Source: a phage. From it: a stretch of DNA of 64,000 nt. A model generated the notes under the pieces. That model was not told the DNA's origin. It did not search any database and worked only from the letters and a program-made list of their open reading frames with translations. Shown here one piece after another: positions 18,526 to 27,648 of the stretch (positions are counted from its first letter, which is position 1; each line of letters starts with the position of its first letter). The stretch is taken from sequence record NC_100372.1; one strand, written 5' to 3'. The position numbers and the translations under genes were made by a program.

Positions 18526-18872
18526 CACAAGAGCGTATTGATTTAGCCAGTAAGTTTGTAGATCTCATTTTGCCACGGTTGGTTACTCAACATGCAGACG
18601 CTATTTCTACCAATCTTGATGGCTTACGCCTAATGCTGAACCGAACAGATGACCCACGTATTCGGGCCGATTTAGAGGCCTCTGCCAACAAACTGGAAAA
18701 GTTCTTGCAAGTAGACACGCAAGAAGCCTTGCACAAGATTATGGTGGAAGGTTTCTCTAAAGAATTCACCGTTAAAGAGCTTAAGGAGCTGATCCGCCAA
18801 GAAGAGATGAATATCCGAGTTCAGGCTGTTGCAAGCAGCATGGAAGCGGCTATTGAAAAACTGTTGCAGTAA
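18522..18872 (+). CDS. Hypothetical protein
   Basis: GTG start overlapping the upstream stop. Helical-looking sequence. Confidence 0.6.
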   Translation: MTQERIDLASKFVDLILPRLVTQHADAISTNLDGLRLMLNRTDDPRIRADLEASANKLEKFLQVDTQEALHKIMVEGFSKEFTVKELKELIRQEEMNIRVQAVASSMEAAIEKLLQ

Positions 18873-18910
18873 AAGTCCTTGACACATCTCAATCTGAAAG
18901 GAGTCCCAAC

Positions 18911-19699
18911 ATGGGTCGAGCTAAAGAAACAAAACGCATGCGTGATGAAGCCAGAGAGGCTCGCAAATCTGATCGCCTGCGTAAGGCTGCTGAGAAATTT
19001 GCTGACGAACGAGAGCACACAGCTCCAGCTCTCCGACCAATGAACAAAAAGCAGCAAAAGTATCTTGATTATCTAGGATCGCGTAAGATTATTATTGTAA
19101 ACGGTGTGTTTGGATCCGGTAAGACATTCATGGCATCCGCATATGCAGGTGATCTTTTGCGTAAGAACGAGATTGATAAGATCATTGTTGCACGCCCTTA
19201 CGTTCAGACAGGAAAGACTTCAGGGTTTAAACCTGGAAACGCAATGCAGAAACTGTGGCCCTATCTCCGAAGCATGATGGACACGATTTGTCGTCGTGTT
19301 GGCAAAGGTGCTTTTGCCGCAATGCTGGGAGATGGTCAGAACAGTCGTATCGAGATCTGTGAAGTTGAAAGCATTCGTGGTCGTAGTTTCGATGAGCGAT
19401 GCTTTGTCCTAATTGACGAGGCACAGCAAACTAACCCTGAAGAGATGTTGTCAATTATCACAAGGATCTCTGATCAGGCCACACTTGTAATCATGGGTGA
19501 TAATAGCCAACGTGACATCCCTGGTAAGTCTGGGCTTGCATGGGTAACGGATTTCTTTACTCGTCATCCAGATCCTGAGGTTGGGATGATTAGCTTTGAT
19601 AGCCCAGATGATGTTGTTCGTTCTGGATTGGGCCGTCAGATTGCACTCAATCTTATTAAGGATCGTGCAAATCATATTTGGACACCTGTTTCCGAGTAA
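18911..19699 (+). CDS. phoH: PhoH-like ATPase
   Basis: Walker A GVFGSGKTF, Walker B VLIDEAQ, PhoH-like C-terminal region. Confidence 0.9.
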   Translation: MGRAKETKRMRDEAREARKSDRLRKAAEKFADEREHTAPALRPMNKKQQKYLDYLGSRKIIIVNGVFGSGKTFMASAYAGDLLRKNEIDKIIVARPYVQTGKTSGFKPGNAMQKLWPYLRSMMDTICRRVGKGAFAAMLGDGQNSRIEICEVESIRGRSFDERCFVLIDEAQQTNPEEMLSIITRISDQATLVIMGDNSQRDIPGKSGLAWVTDFFTRHPDPEVGMISFDSPDDVVRSGLGRQIALNLIKDRANHIWTPVSE

Positions 19700-19743
19700 T
19701 ACAAAAGGGTGGTTATTCCACCCTTAAATATCTAAAACAATTA

Positions 19744-19772
19744 TTGACAAACAGATAAGTTTTAGGTATTAT
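19744..19772 (+). promoter_or_regulatory. sigma70-type promoter
   Basis: TTGACA(19744-19749), 17 nt spacer, TATTAT(19767-19772). Preceded by hairpin AAGGGTGG/CCACCCTT (19705-19725). Confidence 0.7.
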
Positions 19773-19797
19773 CGAACAAAACAAGGAGAATGACAGT

Positions 19798-20109
19798 ATG
19801 GCTACAATACAAGAGAGACTGAATAAGATATACTGCCTATTTGTCTATAACGGTGAGACAATTTTGGCAAACAAAGGATACAAGAATGTGTGGATTAAGG
19901 ACAGCGGTGGTAACATAATCAACTTGGCGCTACTACGTGAGCGAAGACACCGATTCTTCACTGAGTCCCGTGTTATTGAAAGCAACACATTTTACAGAAC
20001 AGGGGATAAAGTAATTGTTGACAATGACACGTGGTATGTGGTAGACTGGCAATCGTTGACCTGTGATGCTTCTGACAATTGTAAGTATTCCATGGTAATT
20101 GCTAAATAA
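19798..20109 (+). CDS. Hypothetical protein
   Basis: AAGGAG SD upstream. No motif recognised. Confidence 0.65.
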   Translation: MATIQERLNKIYCLFVYNGETILANKGYKNVWIKDSGGNIINLALLRERRHRFFTESRVIESNTFYRTGDKVIVDNDTWYVVDWQSLTCDASDNCKYSMVIAK

Positions 20110-20170
20110 AGGCAAATGAGAATCAGGTTTAAATAGATCGCTTTTAACTTTCCAACATTAAGGACCTCAC

Positions 20171-21220
20171 ATGAATTTAACACCTCGCAGCACCATGGTA
20201 CACGGCATGAAAGAAAAACAGAACGGCTTCGAACCGATGAGTAATAAAATGTTTGGTATGCCTGGTGGTATTATGGAAACATACAGCTACCCAACGCCAG
20301 TTGTTGACCACGTGCTTTATATTGACGATCTTGATGATTTGCAGGATCATATGTCCCGTTTGCAAACAATTCGTATGGCACGGCCGGAAGAAAGTATCCG
20401 TGTAATTGTTAACAGCCCTGGTGGTTGCGTCCACATTGCTATGGCGTATTTGCAGGCATTCCGCGAGTCTCAGGCAAGCGTTGTTGTACACGCTGAAGGG
20501 ATGTGCTGCTCAGCAGGAACAATCTTATGGCTGGGTTGCAAAGAACGAACTGTGGCTCCGGACACAGAGTTTATGTTCCACTACTATCAAGGTGGCACCT
20601 ATGGCAACGGTGTGAACATGAATACTCAGGTCAACTACTGGAAGAAACGTTTTGAACGCCTGATCGAAAAATACTACGGTGGGGTTCTGACAGAAGATGA
20701 GATCGCATCCATCACGGCTGGTGGAGAAGTGTGGTTGGATGGAGAAGAGCTGGCAGCTCGAACTGGTGCTATCATTCTGGACGATGAAAACATTCAGCGC
20801 ATTCAGAATGGGCAGAAACCGAAAAAGCTTTTGGCAAAAAGTGATGAAGAAGGTGTGCTAGGCGAAGCAGGCCTGCCAGAGATTCACCAATGCACATCTC
20901 TGGACGAGCTGGTCCATGCTGTTGAGTCTGCAAAAGTAAATGGTATGAAAGGTGATGTTCACACTGTGTTCCTGAATCTGCAGATGGAGAGTGGTGAGAC
21001 CGTTAAGATTGCACTGGGTGAGATTACCTCGGAAGATCTGCAGCGATTCTCTGTGGTAGAGCTTCAGGACATTTTGTCCCAATTGAAAACCACCCTGAAC
21101 GGAGGTGAAGAAGTTCAGGTTAAAGATAAGACCCGCAAGCGTCTGGTGGACAATATTATTAAAACAGCAAAAGAGCTCAATGAAAAAATCCTGGGCGCAG
21201 GAATTGTCGAAGAAGCTTAA
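20171..21220 (+). CDS. ClpP/S14-like serine protease with about 150 aa C-terminal extension
   Basis: VNSPGGCVHIAMAYLQAF, nucleophile region GMCCSAGTILWLG, His region EFMFHYY. Collinear with ClpP INSPGG...AAS.G...MIHQP. Confidence 0.75.
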   Translation: MNLTPRSTMVHGMKEKQNGFEPMSNKMFGMPGGIMETYSYPTPVVDHVLYIDDLDDLQDHMSRLQTIRMARPEESIRVIVNSPGGCVHIAMAYLQAFRESQASVVVHAEGMCCSAGTILWLGCKERTVAPDTEFMFHYYQGGTYGNGVNMNTQVNYWKKRFERLIEKYYGGVLTEDEIASITAGGEVWLDGEELAARTGAIILDDENIQRIQNGQKPKKLLAKSDEEGVLGEAGLPEIHQCTSLDELVHAVESAKVNGMKGDVHTVFLNLQMESGETVKIALGEITSEDLQRFSVVELQDILSQLKTTLNGGEEVQVKDKTRKRLVDNIIKTAKELNEKILGAGIVEEA

Positions 21221-21232
21221 ACATTAATCTTA

Positions 21233-21256
21233 AAGCCCTCTTCGGAGGGCTTTTAT
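21233..21256 (+). terminator. Rho-independent terminator
   Basis: AAGCCCTC-TTCG-GAGGGCTT followed by TTTAT. Confidence 0.85.
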
Positions 21257-21271
21257 GATCTGGAGATTTGC

Positions 21272-21805
21272 ATGACTTGTGCTAGAAAACCTGACGAACA
21301 ACGTAACGCCTATGATGAATATGTGACACCAGAGTGGTGTGCAGAAGGGTTGTATGACCTCATTCCGTTCCCAGAAGATTGGACCTATTTGGAGCCTTGC
21401 AGGAATAGCGCCTCAGGTGTGTTCTACTCCCGTATGCCGTTAGGATCTGCATGGGGAGAAATCCAAGAAGGTGTTGACTATCTGAATACGGAATACAACC
21501 ATGTTGACTGTATTATCACCAACCCGCCGTACAGCCTGGCTCGTGAGTTTGTGGACAAGGCGTTGAAAGATGCCGACGTAGTTATTATGCTTTTGCGTCT
21601 TAATTTTCTGGAAAGCAAGGCCAGATTTGAATGGTGGCTTGATAATGCCCCTACCACTGTGATCACAATATCTAAGCGTCCATCATTCCAATCGAATGGC
21701 AGAACTGACGGGCAAGCATATGCATATTTTGTGTGGGACAAGAAGAACCGTTTAGACCTACCACCATTTATGTGGTTGGCACCTCCGGAGGCAGACTTGA
21801 AATGA
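21272..21805 (+). CDS. DNA methyltransferase, NPPY type (N6-adenine/N4-cytosine)
   Basis: Catalytic motif IITNPPYSLAREF. Small single-domain phage-type MTase. Confidence 0.8.
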   Translation: MTCARKPDEQRNAYDEYVTPEWCAEGLYDLIPFPEDWTYLEPCRNSASGVFYSRMPLGSAWGEIQEGVDYLNTEYNHVDCIITNPPYSLAREFVDKALKDADVVIMLLRLNFLESKARFEWWLDNAPTTVITISKRPSFQSNGRTDGQAYAYFVWDKKNRLDLPPFMWLAPPEADLK

Positions 21806-22086
21806 AAATGAGTGCTAAGGACAAGTTGCACCAGTTAGCGCTAAAACGTCCTGTAACTCTCCCTGACGAGCTTAACTCCATTTATGATGCGATTGTAGGG
21901 GAGATACAAAATAAGGCGTTAGCAGGCTTTCTGGGATGCGGATTTTCGATAAATCTTCCATCACACCTCTCAGACTACTTCCCACACATCGTTGGGGATT
22001 TGAGGGCAGGAGGTCTGCAGGTGGATGTTGTTGGCATCTCCCCGGAGAAAAATAACACAGTTGCCTACTTGACAGTGACCTGGTAG
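21802..22086 (+). CDS. Hypothetical protein
   Basis: ATG 21802 overlaps the upstream TGA (ATGA). Confidence 0.6.
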   Translation: MKMSAKDKLHQLALKRPVTLPDELNSIYDAIVGEIQNKALAGFLGCGFSINLPSHLSDYFPHIVGDLRAGGLQVDVVGISPEKNNTVAYLTVTW

Positions 22087-22122
22087 TAGTGTATTTTGTT
22101 TTCAACAAGAGGGGGGTCATCT

Positions 22123-22362
22123 ATGTATAAGTCATTTTCAATTTACTCAAGACAGGCAAAACACTACACAGAGATTCTGATCACTCAGAAAAAATCTGTG
22201 GAAGGTGAGTGGGAATATCATCATAAAATGTTGCGTCCAGACTGGGTTTTTGATAGGCTTATTGCTATGATCCCTCTTGGAGAAGTATACCCTCTGACAG
22301 GTCATAGGGATGCTTGGGATTTAATTGACTATATAGATTCATTTAAGGAGCCTAGATTATGA
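22123..22362 (+). CDS. Hypothetical protein
   Basis: ATG 22123 after AGAGGGGGG. Confidence 0.55.
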   Translation: MYKSFSIYSRQAKHYTEILITQKKSVEGEWEYHHKMLRPDWVFDRLIAMIPLGEVYPLTGHRDAWDLIDYIDSFKEPRL

Positions 22363-22757
22363 AGATTGAGATTACTGAAGAAGGTAAGAAAGTCTCTGGT
22401 AACTATGCAACAGTTATCCGTGATGTAATGTTCGAAGTCACTAAGATTGGCACATCCAAGGTTGGTCAAACGGTGAGTGTGCAAGGTAATATCACCGCAG
22501 GAGAGAAGATATTCATCGTGATAAAAGGCCAGGATCCTGTAGAAGGGACAGTTGGACGTGGTGGATACTTGTGTATCTCTGAAGAGCCTCGCATGCTAGT
22601 TGCTGATAACTCCACAGGTAAAAAGCGAGTATGTAACACGGACGAGGTGATGATTATCTATCCAGTCAACCCGGATGATCCGGCAACATGGATTGTGGGA
22701 AATGAAATCTTCTCTTTAGAAGAGCTATCCTTCCCAGCTCCGCGATCTGTTCAGTAA
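22359..22757 (+). CDS. Hypothetical protein (MKIEIT... family-like N-terminus)
   Basis: ATGA overlap with the upstream gene. Confidence 0.6.
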   Translation: MKIEITEEGKKVSGNYATVIRDVMFEVTKIGTSKVGQTVSVQGNITAGEKIFIVIKGQDPVEGTVGRGGYLCISEEPRMLVADNSTGKKRVCNTDEVMIIYPVNPDDPATWIVGNEIFSLEELSFPAPRSVQ

Positions 22758-22796
22758 TAATTTATCTTGCCAGGGACGGCAAAAGCAGGAGGTAGC

Positions 22797-23030
22797 ATGA
22801 AAGTTAAATTTCTTACAGATTTAGGGTACCCTTCCTTGGTTGACTGCGTTGGTAAAATTGTGGAAGCAAAACGGCTATCTGCAAACGATAATGTTGTCAT
22901 GGTTAAGGGAAAAGATTTACTAGCTGCAGGTGCAGAGTCTGGCAGGATCTCTCCTGACTATACGTATTACCTGTCTTTAAGTAATCTACCAGAACGAGGC
23001 GGCAAAGGCCTTGAAGTTGTGGAGGAGTGA
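22797..23030 (+). CDS. Small acidic protein, KGxDLxAAGA paralogue family
   Basis: MKVKFL...VMVKGKDLLAAGAE...VVEE. AGGAGG SD. Confidence 0.65.
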   Translation: MKVKFLTDLGYPSLVDCVGKIVEAKRLSANDNVVMVKGKDLLAAGAESGRISPDYTYYLSLSNLPERGGKGLEVVEE

Positions 23031-23035
23031 CAGGT

Positions 23036-23572
23036 ATGCTTCTGATTAACTGGGAAGACCTCTATGGGGACAAAGACCCTGTTGCGTTTGTTGATCGTAG
23101 GTGGAGGTACACTGAAGAACAACTGGCTGCAAAAAATTTAACTGCAAAACGCAGAAAGATCATCCAGTGCAAGTACAAATACGCACAGTTTGCTGCAAAA
23201 GTGTCTCCACAAATCGAGAGTTTTGTACTTAAATTGTATGACGAGTACCTCAAATTCAAATTGGATTTTGTACAGGTATACCGTGCACAGGTACGTCCAG
23301 ATACCAACATCTGTAGATGGAAGGTTGTTTGTGATGGTAAAGATTTGCCGCTCAGTTTGACAATTGAGTGGCGTTGGGGGTATCATGAGTGCGGTTTGTA
23401 TGATATTTGGGATGTCATTGTAGATCCTGCTAAGTACCTGAACACAGAGGAGCTGGAATATATCAATAAGGTTATTCTAGATATGTTTTTCAGCTACACC
23501 CATGAAAACTCTGAGAAAGAACGGGATAATTTTCTTGACACCCTCGGCAACCACCTGCAGTGTACAATTTAA
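23036..23572 (+). CDS. Hypothetical protein
   Basis: ATG 23036, 10 nt after GGAGG (GTG 23027 is too close to the SD). Confidence 0.6.
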   Translation: MLLINWEDLYGDKDPVAFVDRRWRYTEEQLAAKNLTAKRRKIIQCKYKYAQFAAKVSPQIESFVLKLYDEYLKFKLDFVQVYRAQVRPDTNICRWKVVCDGKDLPLSLTIEWRWGYHECGLYDIWDVIVDPAKYLNTEELEYINKVILDMFFSYTHENSEKERDNFLDTLGNHLQCTI

Positions 23573-23590
23573 CCTACAAAGGAGGAGCCA

Positions 23591-23827
23591 ATGAGTATAG
23601 ATGCTGTGCTGATAGGTTACCTGGTAGTAGCTGTTATAACAGCAGTAATCTTGGCAGGTATATGCATCGTGTCTACACGAAGGGTGAAGTTTGATGATTT
23701 TATCACCATCATCACTGCTGCGCCCTTTTGGCCTGTTGTTATCTTCATCGTAATAATGTGCCTAGTTGATTACCACAAGAATATCCGTAAGGAGAAAAAG
23801 GAGAGTAGGGATGGATACCGCACCTAA
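23591..23827 (+). CDS. Membrane protein (2 TM)
   Basis: Two hydrophobic spans VLIGYLVVAVITAVILAGICIV and ITAAPFWPVVIFIVIMCLV. AAGGAGGAG SD. Confidence 0.65.
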   Translation: MSIDAVLIGYLVVAVITAVILAGICIVSTRRVKFDDFITIITAAPFWPVVIFIVIMCLVDYHKNIRKEKKESRDGYRT

Positions 23828-23963
23828 AACTGTTTATACTGTTCTTAAAGAGATTGCGTTCTACGCAGATCTTAGCCGGGCACCTTTATGGGAAAAGAAT
23901 ATGTATTTAAAATGGTGCGTGAAATTAGGGGGGCCTTCTAATGTTTCAAGCCATGTTTATTGA
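23811..23963 (+). CDS. Hypothetical protein (50 aa)
   Basis: ATG 23811 within track ORF 23766..23963. Confidence 0.4.
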   Translation: MDTAPKTVYTVLKEIAFYADLSRAPLWEKNMYLKWCVKLGGPSNVSSHVY

Positions 23964-24069
23964 AATGCTCTCTGGGGTATTACTGCTGGTAGCCATTTTG
24001 GGTGGCGCGGCACTGATGTATAATTATCTTGAAAAAGGGGACAGTAATGACAAAAAAATAAATCCTTAG
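23941..24069 (+). CDS. Single-TM mini-protein (42 aa) ending at an A7 run
   Basis: MFQAMFIEMLSGVLLLVAILGGAALMYNYLEKGDSNDKKINP. See the frameshift finding. Confidence 0.45.
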   Translation: MFQAMFIEMLSGVLLLVAILGGAALMYNYLEKGDSNDKKINP

Positions 24070-24235
24070 AACAGGCTGAAAACCTTCTCCACGAGCTGGT
24101 AAAGGAGTGGAAAGTTGAATACTCAGATTTTAATGCAAGAGAGGGGGAAGATTATTGGCCTACAGAGCGCTCAGAGGGAGAGTGGTATCAAGATTTCATA
24201 GAATGGCTATATCAGACGTGCGATGAGGGGTGACG

Positions 24236-24691
24236 ATGTTTGTTAAATATGTAAAAACGTGCCTCAACAACCTTGGTAGAGAGCATTGGTACACACTGCT
24301 TGAAAAAGGAGAAATTTTAACAAAATCTGGAAAGATAACTTTGATACCTTTGGACGATAAAGACCCGTCACTACTTGTCATAGATGATTACGTTACAGGT
24401 GTGTCGTACGAGGTATCTGTGGAGAGGTTAATACGCAGATCTGGAGGTCCTTATGACCGAAGAGAGTATGTTTTCGATTCCGTTACAGAGAAGGAAGATC
24501 CGTCCCTAATGTTTAGAATGGTAATCAGGGATATGAAATCATCTATAAATAGGATCGTAAAGGACATTAAGGAGCCTTTTAGGGTAAAAGTTAATAAGTT
24601 TTTTGATTCTAAGATCAACATACTCACCGTTGTGCTAGGCGTAATTCAACTTCTGTTAATTTTGCACTATTTTGAACTGTTGTTTAAGTAA
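24236..24691 (+). CDS. Hypothetical protein with C-terminal TM helix
   Basis: ATG 24236 after GAGGGG. C-terminal ILTVVLGVIQLLLILHYF. Confidence 0.6.
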   Translation: MFVKYVKTCLNNLGREHWYTLLEKGEILTKSGKITLIPLDDKDPSLLVIDDYVTGVSYEVSVERLIRRSGGPYDRREYVFDSVTEKEDPSLMFRMVIRDMKSSINRIVKDIKEPFRVKVNKFFDSKINILTVVLGVIQLLLILHYFELLFK

Positions 24692-24751
24692 TGTGCATTA
24701 TGGCACAAAGGATGTGCCATAATTAAATAAACTAAGAAAGAGGTAGAGAGA

Positions 24752-25099
24752 ATGTCAAAGATTAAATCGATATTAATGTGGGTGGCTGTTGTAGCTTTTG
24801 TAGGATACTGGACTTGGGAAACTGAATTAAAAGATATTGGGTATACCAGCCTTGAGAGCAAGGCGTGCATTGGCATAACCGATGCATTCAGGCAGAATGC
24901 TATGGATCACGAATGTGTCGATGCAGATATAGATGAGAAACTGTCTAAGGACAAAGATTTTTACCATGGTCATGCCTTGCTTGATAGTGGTGACACTGTG
25001 GAATTCTGGTCGTGGTTCCGTGAAGATGGGACAATAAAGACAGCAGTAAAGATTTCCAACAAAGAGTTGATGCTGTTGCAGCAGAAGGAGGTGCAATGA
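24752..25099 (+). CDS. Membrane-anchored/secreted hypothetical protein
   Basis: N-terminal hydrophobic ILMWVAVVAFVGYWTW. AGAGG SD. Confidence 0.6.
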   Translation: MSKIKSILMWVAVVAFVGYWTWETELKDIGYTSLESKACIGITDAFRQNAMDHECVDADIDEKLSKDKDFYHGHALLDSGDTVEFWSWFREDGTIKTAVKISNKELMLLQQKEVQ

Positions 25100-25383
25100 T
25101 CTGGATATCCTACGCTGATGGCACCATGCTGTATACTGCAGGTACTAGATATGAAGTTAAGGAGGACGATAAAAAATTTATCGTAAAAACATTTGACAAG
25201 GACGACAACCTTTTGCTAGAATTGACTTACAAGGTTGGGGATGTATCTAGCATCCAATTAGATTGCGGTCATAAAGATAACCCGCTCAAGAAACCTGGGG
25301 TAGGTAAAGCTTCAGAAGAACGCCTGTCTCGTATTGCAGAAAGCGTTTCTGCACAAAAATCTAAAAAGGGGACTAGAAAATGA
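25096..25383 (+). CDS. Hypothetical protein
   Basis: ATGA overlap with the upstream gene. Confidence 0.6.
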   Translation: MIWISYADGTMLYTAGTRYEVKEDDKKFIVKTFDKDDNLLLELTYKVGDVSSIQLDCGHKDNPLKKPGVGKASEERLSRIAESVSAQKSKKGTRK

Positions 25384-25574
25384 AAAACTTACATTTTAAC
25401 ACTTATTACTACAACACTTTGAATGATTTGTATTATATTGTTCGAAGTAAAAATCCTGAAACAGTCCTATTCTGCCGCGAACCTTTCAAAGGAGAGGAAG
25501 TGGAGTCTGAGATGAATGTTAGCCAGATTACCTCTTTGTTGCTCTCAGGTGCAATGGAAGAAGCAATATTCTAA
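25380..25574 (+). CDS. Hypothetical protein
   Basis: ATGA overlap with the upstream gene. Confidence 0.55.
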   Translation: MKNLHFNTYYYNTLNDLYYIVRSKNPETVLFCREPFKGEEVESEMNVSQITSLLLSGAMEEAIF

Positions 25575-25592
25575 ACCAGGCGGGAGGGTTTT

Positions 25593-25778
25593 ATGAAGCA
25601 CTATTGTCTGTCTGGTAGGATGGGGGTGGATTGTGATTGGGTTTTCTTAAAACTTGTCAGCGTTCGAGAGTCCATCCCAGAGGAAGAGCAAGAAAGTGAG
25701 CTGATGTCATGGATCAACTATTACGGCAACACTTTCCGGCATGTCAAAATGGAAGAGCTGCCAAACGAGGCTGATTGA
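25593..25778 (+). CDS. Hypothetical protein
   Basis: GGGAGGG SD upstream. Confidence 0.55.
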   Translation: MKHYCLSGRMGVDCDWVFLKLVSVRESIPEEEQESELMSWINYYGNTFRHVKMEELPNEAD

Positions 25779-25780
25779 TT

Positions 25781-25870
25781 ATGGTCGCATCAATATTAAC
25801 GTTTATGGGTGGCGTGGCATTCGGATTCATTCTTTGTCTGTTTATAGTTATCATGGCTATGCGAGGCTGA
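25781..25870 (+). CDS. Single-TM mini-peptide (29 aa)
   Basis: MVASILTFMGGVAFGFILCLFIVIMAMRG. Fills the gap between neighbouring genes exactly. Confidence 0.4.
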   Translation: MVASILTFMGGVAFGFILCLFIVIMAMRG

Positions 25871-25873
25871 ATT

Positions 25874-26158
25874 ATGAAACTGTTCGAGTGGTTTAAAAAG
25901 TTTAAATACCAGGCTGTTGCTGTATCGAAATGGACCGTCCGCTGGGTGGACGATGATGGAACACAAATTCCCGGTGATCAGGATACCGGATACTGGGTTA
26001 TGATGGAGAACGGATTTGGGAAAAGGAAGTTTAAATGTGTTGGTGCTCCTACTCTTTTAAATGTTAGAAGTGTGCCAGGGTACAGCACTATGGTTGTTTG
26101 GGAGCTATCCGGTGTTCCTCCTGCTAATGTGCAATATCTGCCAAACCCAGAAAAATAA
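25874..26158 (+). CDS. Hypothetical protein
   Basis: GAGG SD. Start as in the ORF track. Confidence 0.6.
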   Translation: MKLFEWFKKFKYQAVAVSKWTVRWVDDDGTQIPGDQDTGYWVMMENGFGKRKFKCVGAPTLLNVRSVPGYSTMVVWELSGVPPANVQYLPNPEK

Positions 26159-26170
26159 AAGGAGAAGATA

Positions 26171-26455
26171 ATGAGCAATGGTGTTAGCAATAGTGCTGCA
26201 GAGTTTAAAGTGATCTGTAAAGGAACTTATTGGATAGTGAAACAGAAAGTGTACCTATTCGGTTTCATACCGTTTTGGCAGAGATTTTGCTGGGGAGCTA
26301 ACGAGCTTAAGAGATACGCAACCAAGGCTATGGCACTTATTGGTATAGCTGAATACATTGCTGCCAGGGACAGAGAGGGTAAAACTTGTTACTACACTGC
26401 TGACGAGATTCGTAACAGTGTTTACGTTCCACAACCGCCCGATGGAGACCGCTGA
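26171..26455 (+). CDS. Hypothetical protein
   Basis: AAGGAG SD upstream. Confidence 0.6.
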   Translation: MSNGVSNSAAEFKVICKGTYWIVKQKVYLFGFIPFWQRFCWGANELKRYATKAMALIGIAEYIAARDREGKTCYYTADEIRNSVYVPQPPDGDR

Positions 26456-26679
26456 TGAAAGTTAAAGTTTTAGATTCAAGCTTCTATATTGGTCAGGAGC
26501 CCTTAGTGGGGAAAGTGTTTACCGCTATCCCTAACGAAGATTATCCTGACCTTCTAAAAATAAAAGGTGCAGATCTTATTGCCGCTGGTGCATCCCAGGA
26601 ATGCTTTGACAGTCAGTGGACCTACAACTTTGCCCTAGGAGAGGATGTGGAGATAGTGGAGGACGATCATGAAGGTTAA
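26455..26679 (+). CDS. Small acidic protein, KGxDLxAAGA family
   Basis: MKVKVLD...LKIKGADLIAAGASQE...VEIVEDD. Confidence 0.65.
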   Translation: MKVKVLDSSFYIGQEPLVGKVFTAIPNEDYPDLLKIKGADLIAAGASQECFDSQWTYNFALGEDVEIVEDDHEG

Positions 26680-26923
26680 AATTCTTGACTCTAACGTCTA
26701 CTTGGGACAATCCTTCCTGAAAGGAAAGGTAGTACCTGCTGTATACTTCGAAGGGTTGCCGTGGGACGATCCTGTGCGGCAAAATCACAGCCATGTAGGC
26801 CACAATGTGGTGTTCATCTTGGGATCAGACCTGATCGCGGCTGGTGCCCCGGAATATTATTTCGGAGAGGACTCGTATTATGCCTTTGGGGCAGGGTCAG
26901 ATGCAGATATTTTAGAGCTGTGA
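26669..26923 (+). CDS. Small acidic protein, KGxDLxAAGA family
   Basis: MKVKILD...ILGSDLIAAGAPE...ADILEL. Confidence 0.65.
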   Translation: MKVKILDSNVYLGQSFLKGKVVPAVYFEGLPWDDPVRQNHSHVGHNVVFILGSDLIAAGAPEYYFGEDSYYAFGAGSDADILEL

Positions 26924-26935
26924 TGGGGAACTGTT

Positions 26936-27334
26936 GTGAAAAATAAACTGTTCAAAGTTACAATGAAAATTCGCGGAGCTTGGAGCGTAAAGCAAGGGCG
27001 TATCCCCGAATTTGAGAAAGACTTCTACGTAGTCTCCACCTCGGAGGAGGCTGCATGCTGGCAGGCTGGCTATGCCTATGCAAGAACCTGGTACGAAGGA
27101 TACCAGACTGGAGGCTATGACGGAGAAATTGTCAGTAAGGGTGTGGAAGAAATTAATGTGTTGACAAGTGAAAAAGTTTTTGTTATAGTGCATCCAGATT
27201 CCAGAGTGAAGCATTACTGGAATGCCAGAACAAAAACCTGGACACCGTTTGCAGATTCTGCTACACCACTTTTAAACCAGAAAGCTCTTGACTCTGCCCC
27301 AAGCTATGGGGTTGTTGAAGAAAAGATAAGCTGA
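26936..27334 (+). CDS. Hypothetical protein, paralogue of 29141..29536
   Basis: Shares FVIVHPDSRVKHYWNARTKTWTPFADSATPL with FVMRHPHSNIAYYWDVLNNEWTPDLQKATVL. GTG start. Confidence 0.6.
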   Translation: MKNKLFKVTMKIRGAWSVKQGRIPEFEKDFYVVSTSEEAACWQAGYAYARTWYEGYQTGGYDGEIVSKGVEEINVLTSEKVFVIVHPDSRVKHYWNARTKTWTPFADSATPLLNQKALDSAPSYGVVEEKIS

Positions 27335-27351
27335 AATAGTGGGGTGCTTAC

Positions 27352-27642
27352 ATGATGGATTTAGTTTTGGACGCTGATAACACCGGATCGTTTAAAAAAG
27401 ATGGTGTAATAAGCATGGACCAATCCTGCGATGTCAAGATTGACTCAAAATGGACCTACAAGTTTGACGGTGAGATCTTCGCAAATGATGAGAAGGTCGT
27501 GGATGCTGTAGCCATTTTAAACGCTTTAGGGTATGACCCTGTGAACTCATTGATCAAGGATCCTGTTGAGTTTGCAGAGTATGTTCGTAAAATGGCAGAT
27601 CTTGCAGTAGATATTTTAAAAACTATCGACAACAAGTTGTAA
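27352..27642 (+). CDS. Hypothetical acidic protein
   Basis: Start as in the ORF track. Confidence 0.6.
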   Translation: MMDLVLDADNTGSFKKDGVISMDQSCDVKIDSKWTYKFDGEIFANDEKVVDAVAILNALGYDPVNSLIKDPVEFAEYVRKMADLAVDILKTIDNKL

Positions 27643-27648
27643 AAACTG

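Noticed and set aside
20171-21220. Calling the ClpP-like protein the prohead protease.
   Set aside because: There are no portal, scaffold or capsid genes within 20 kb on either side in this window. The role is left open rather than asserted.
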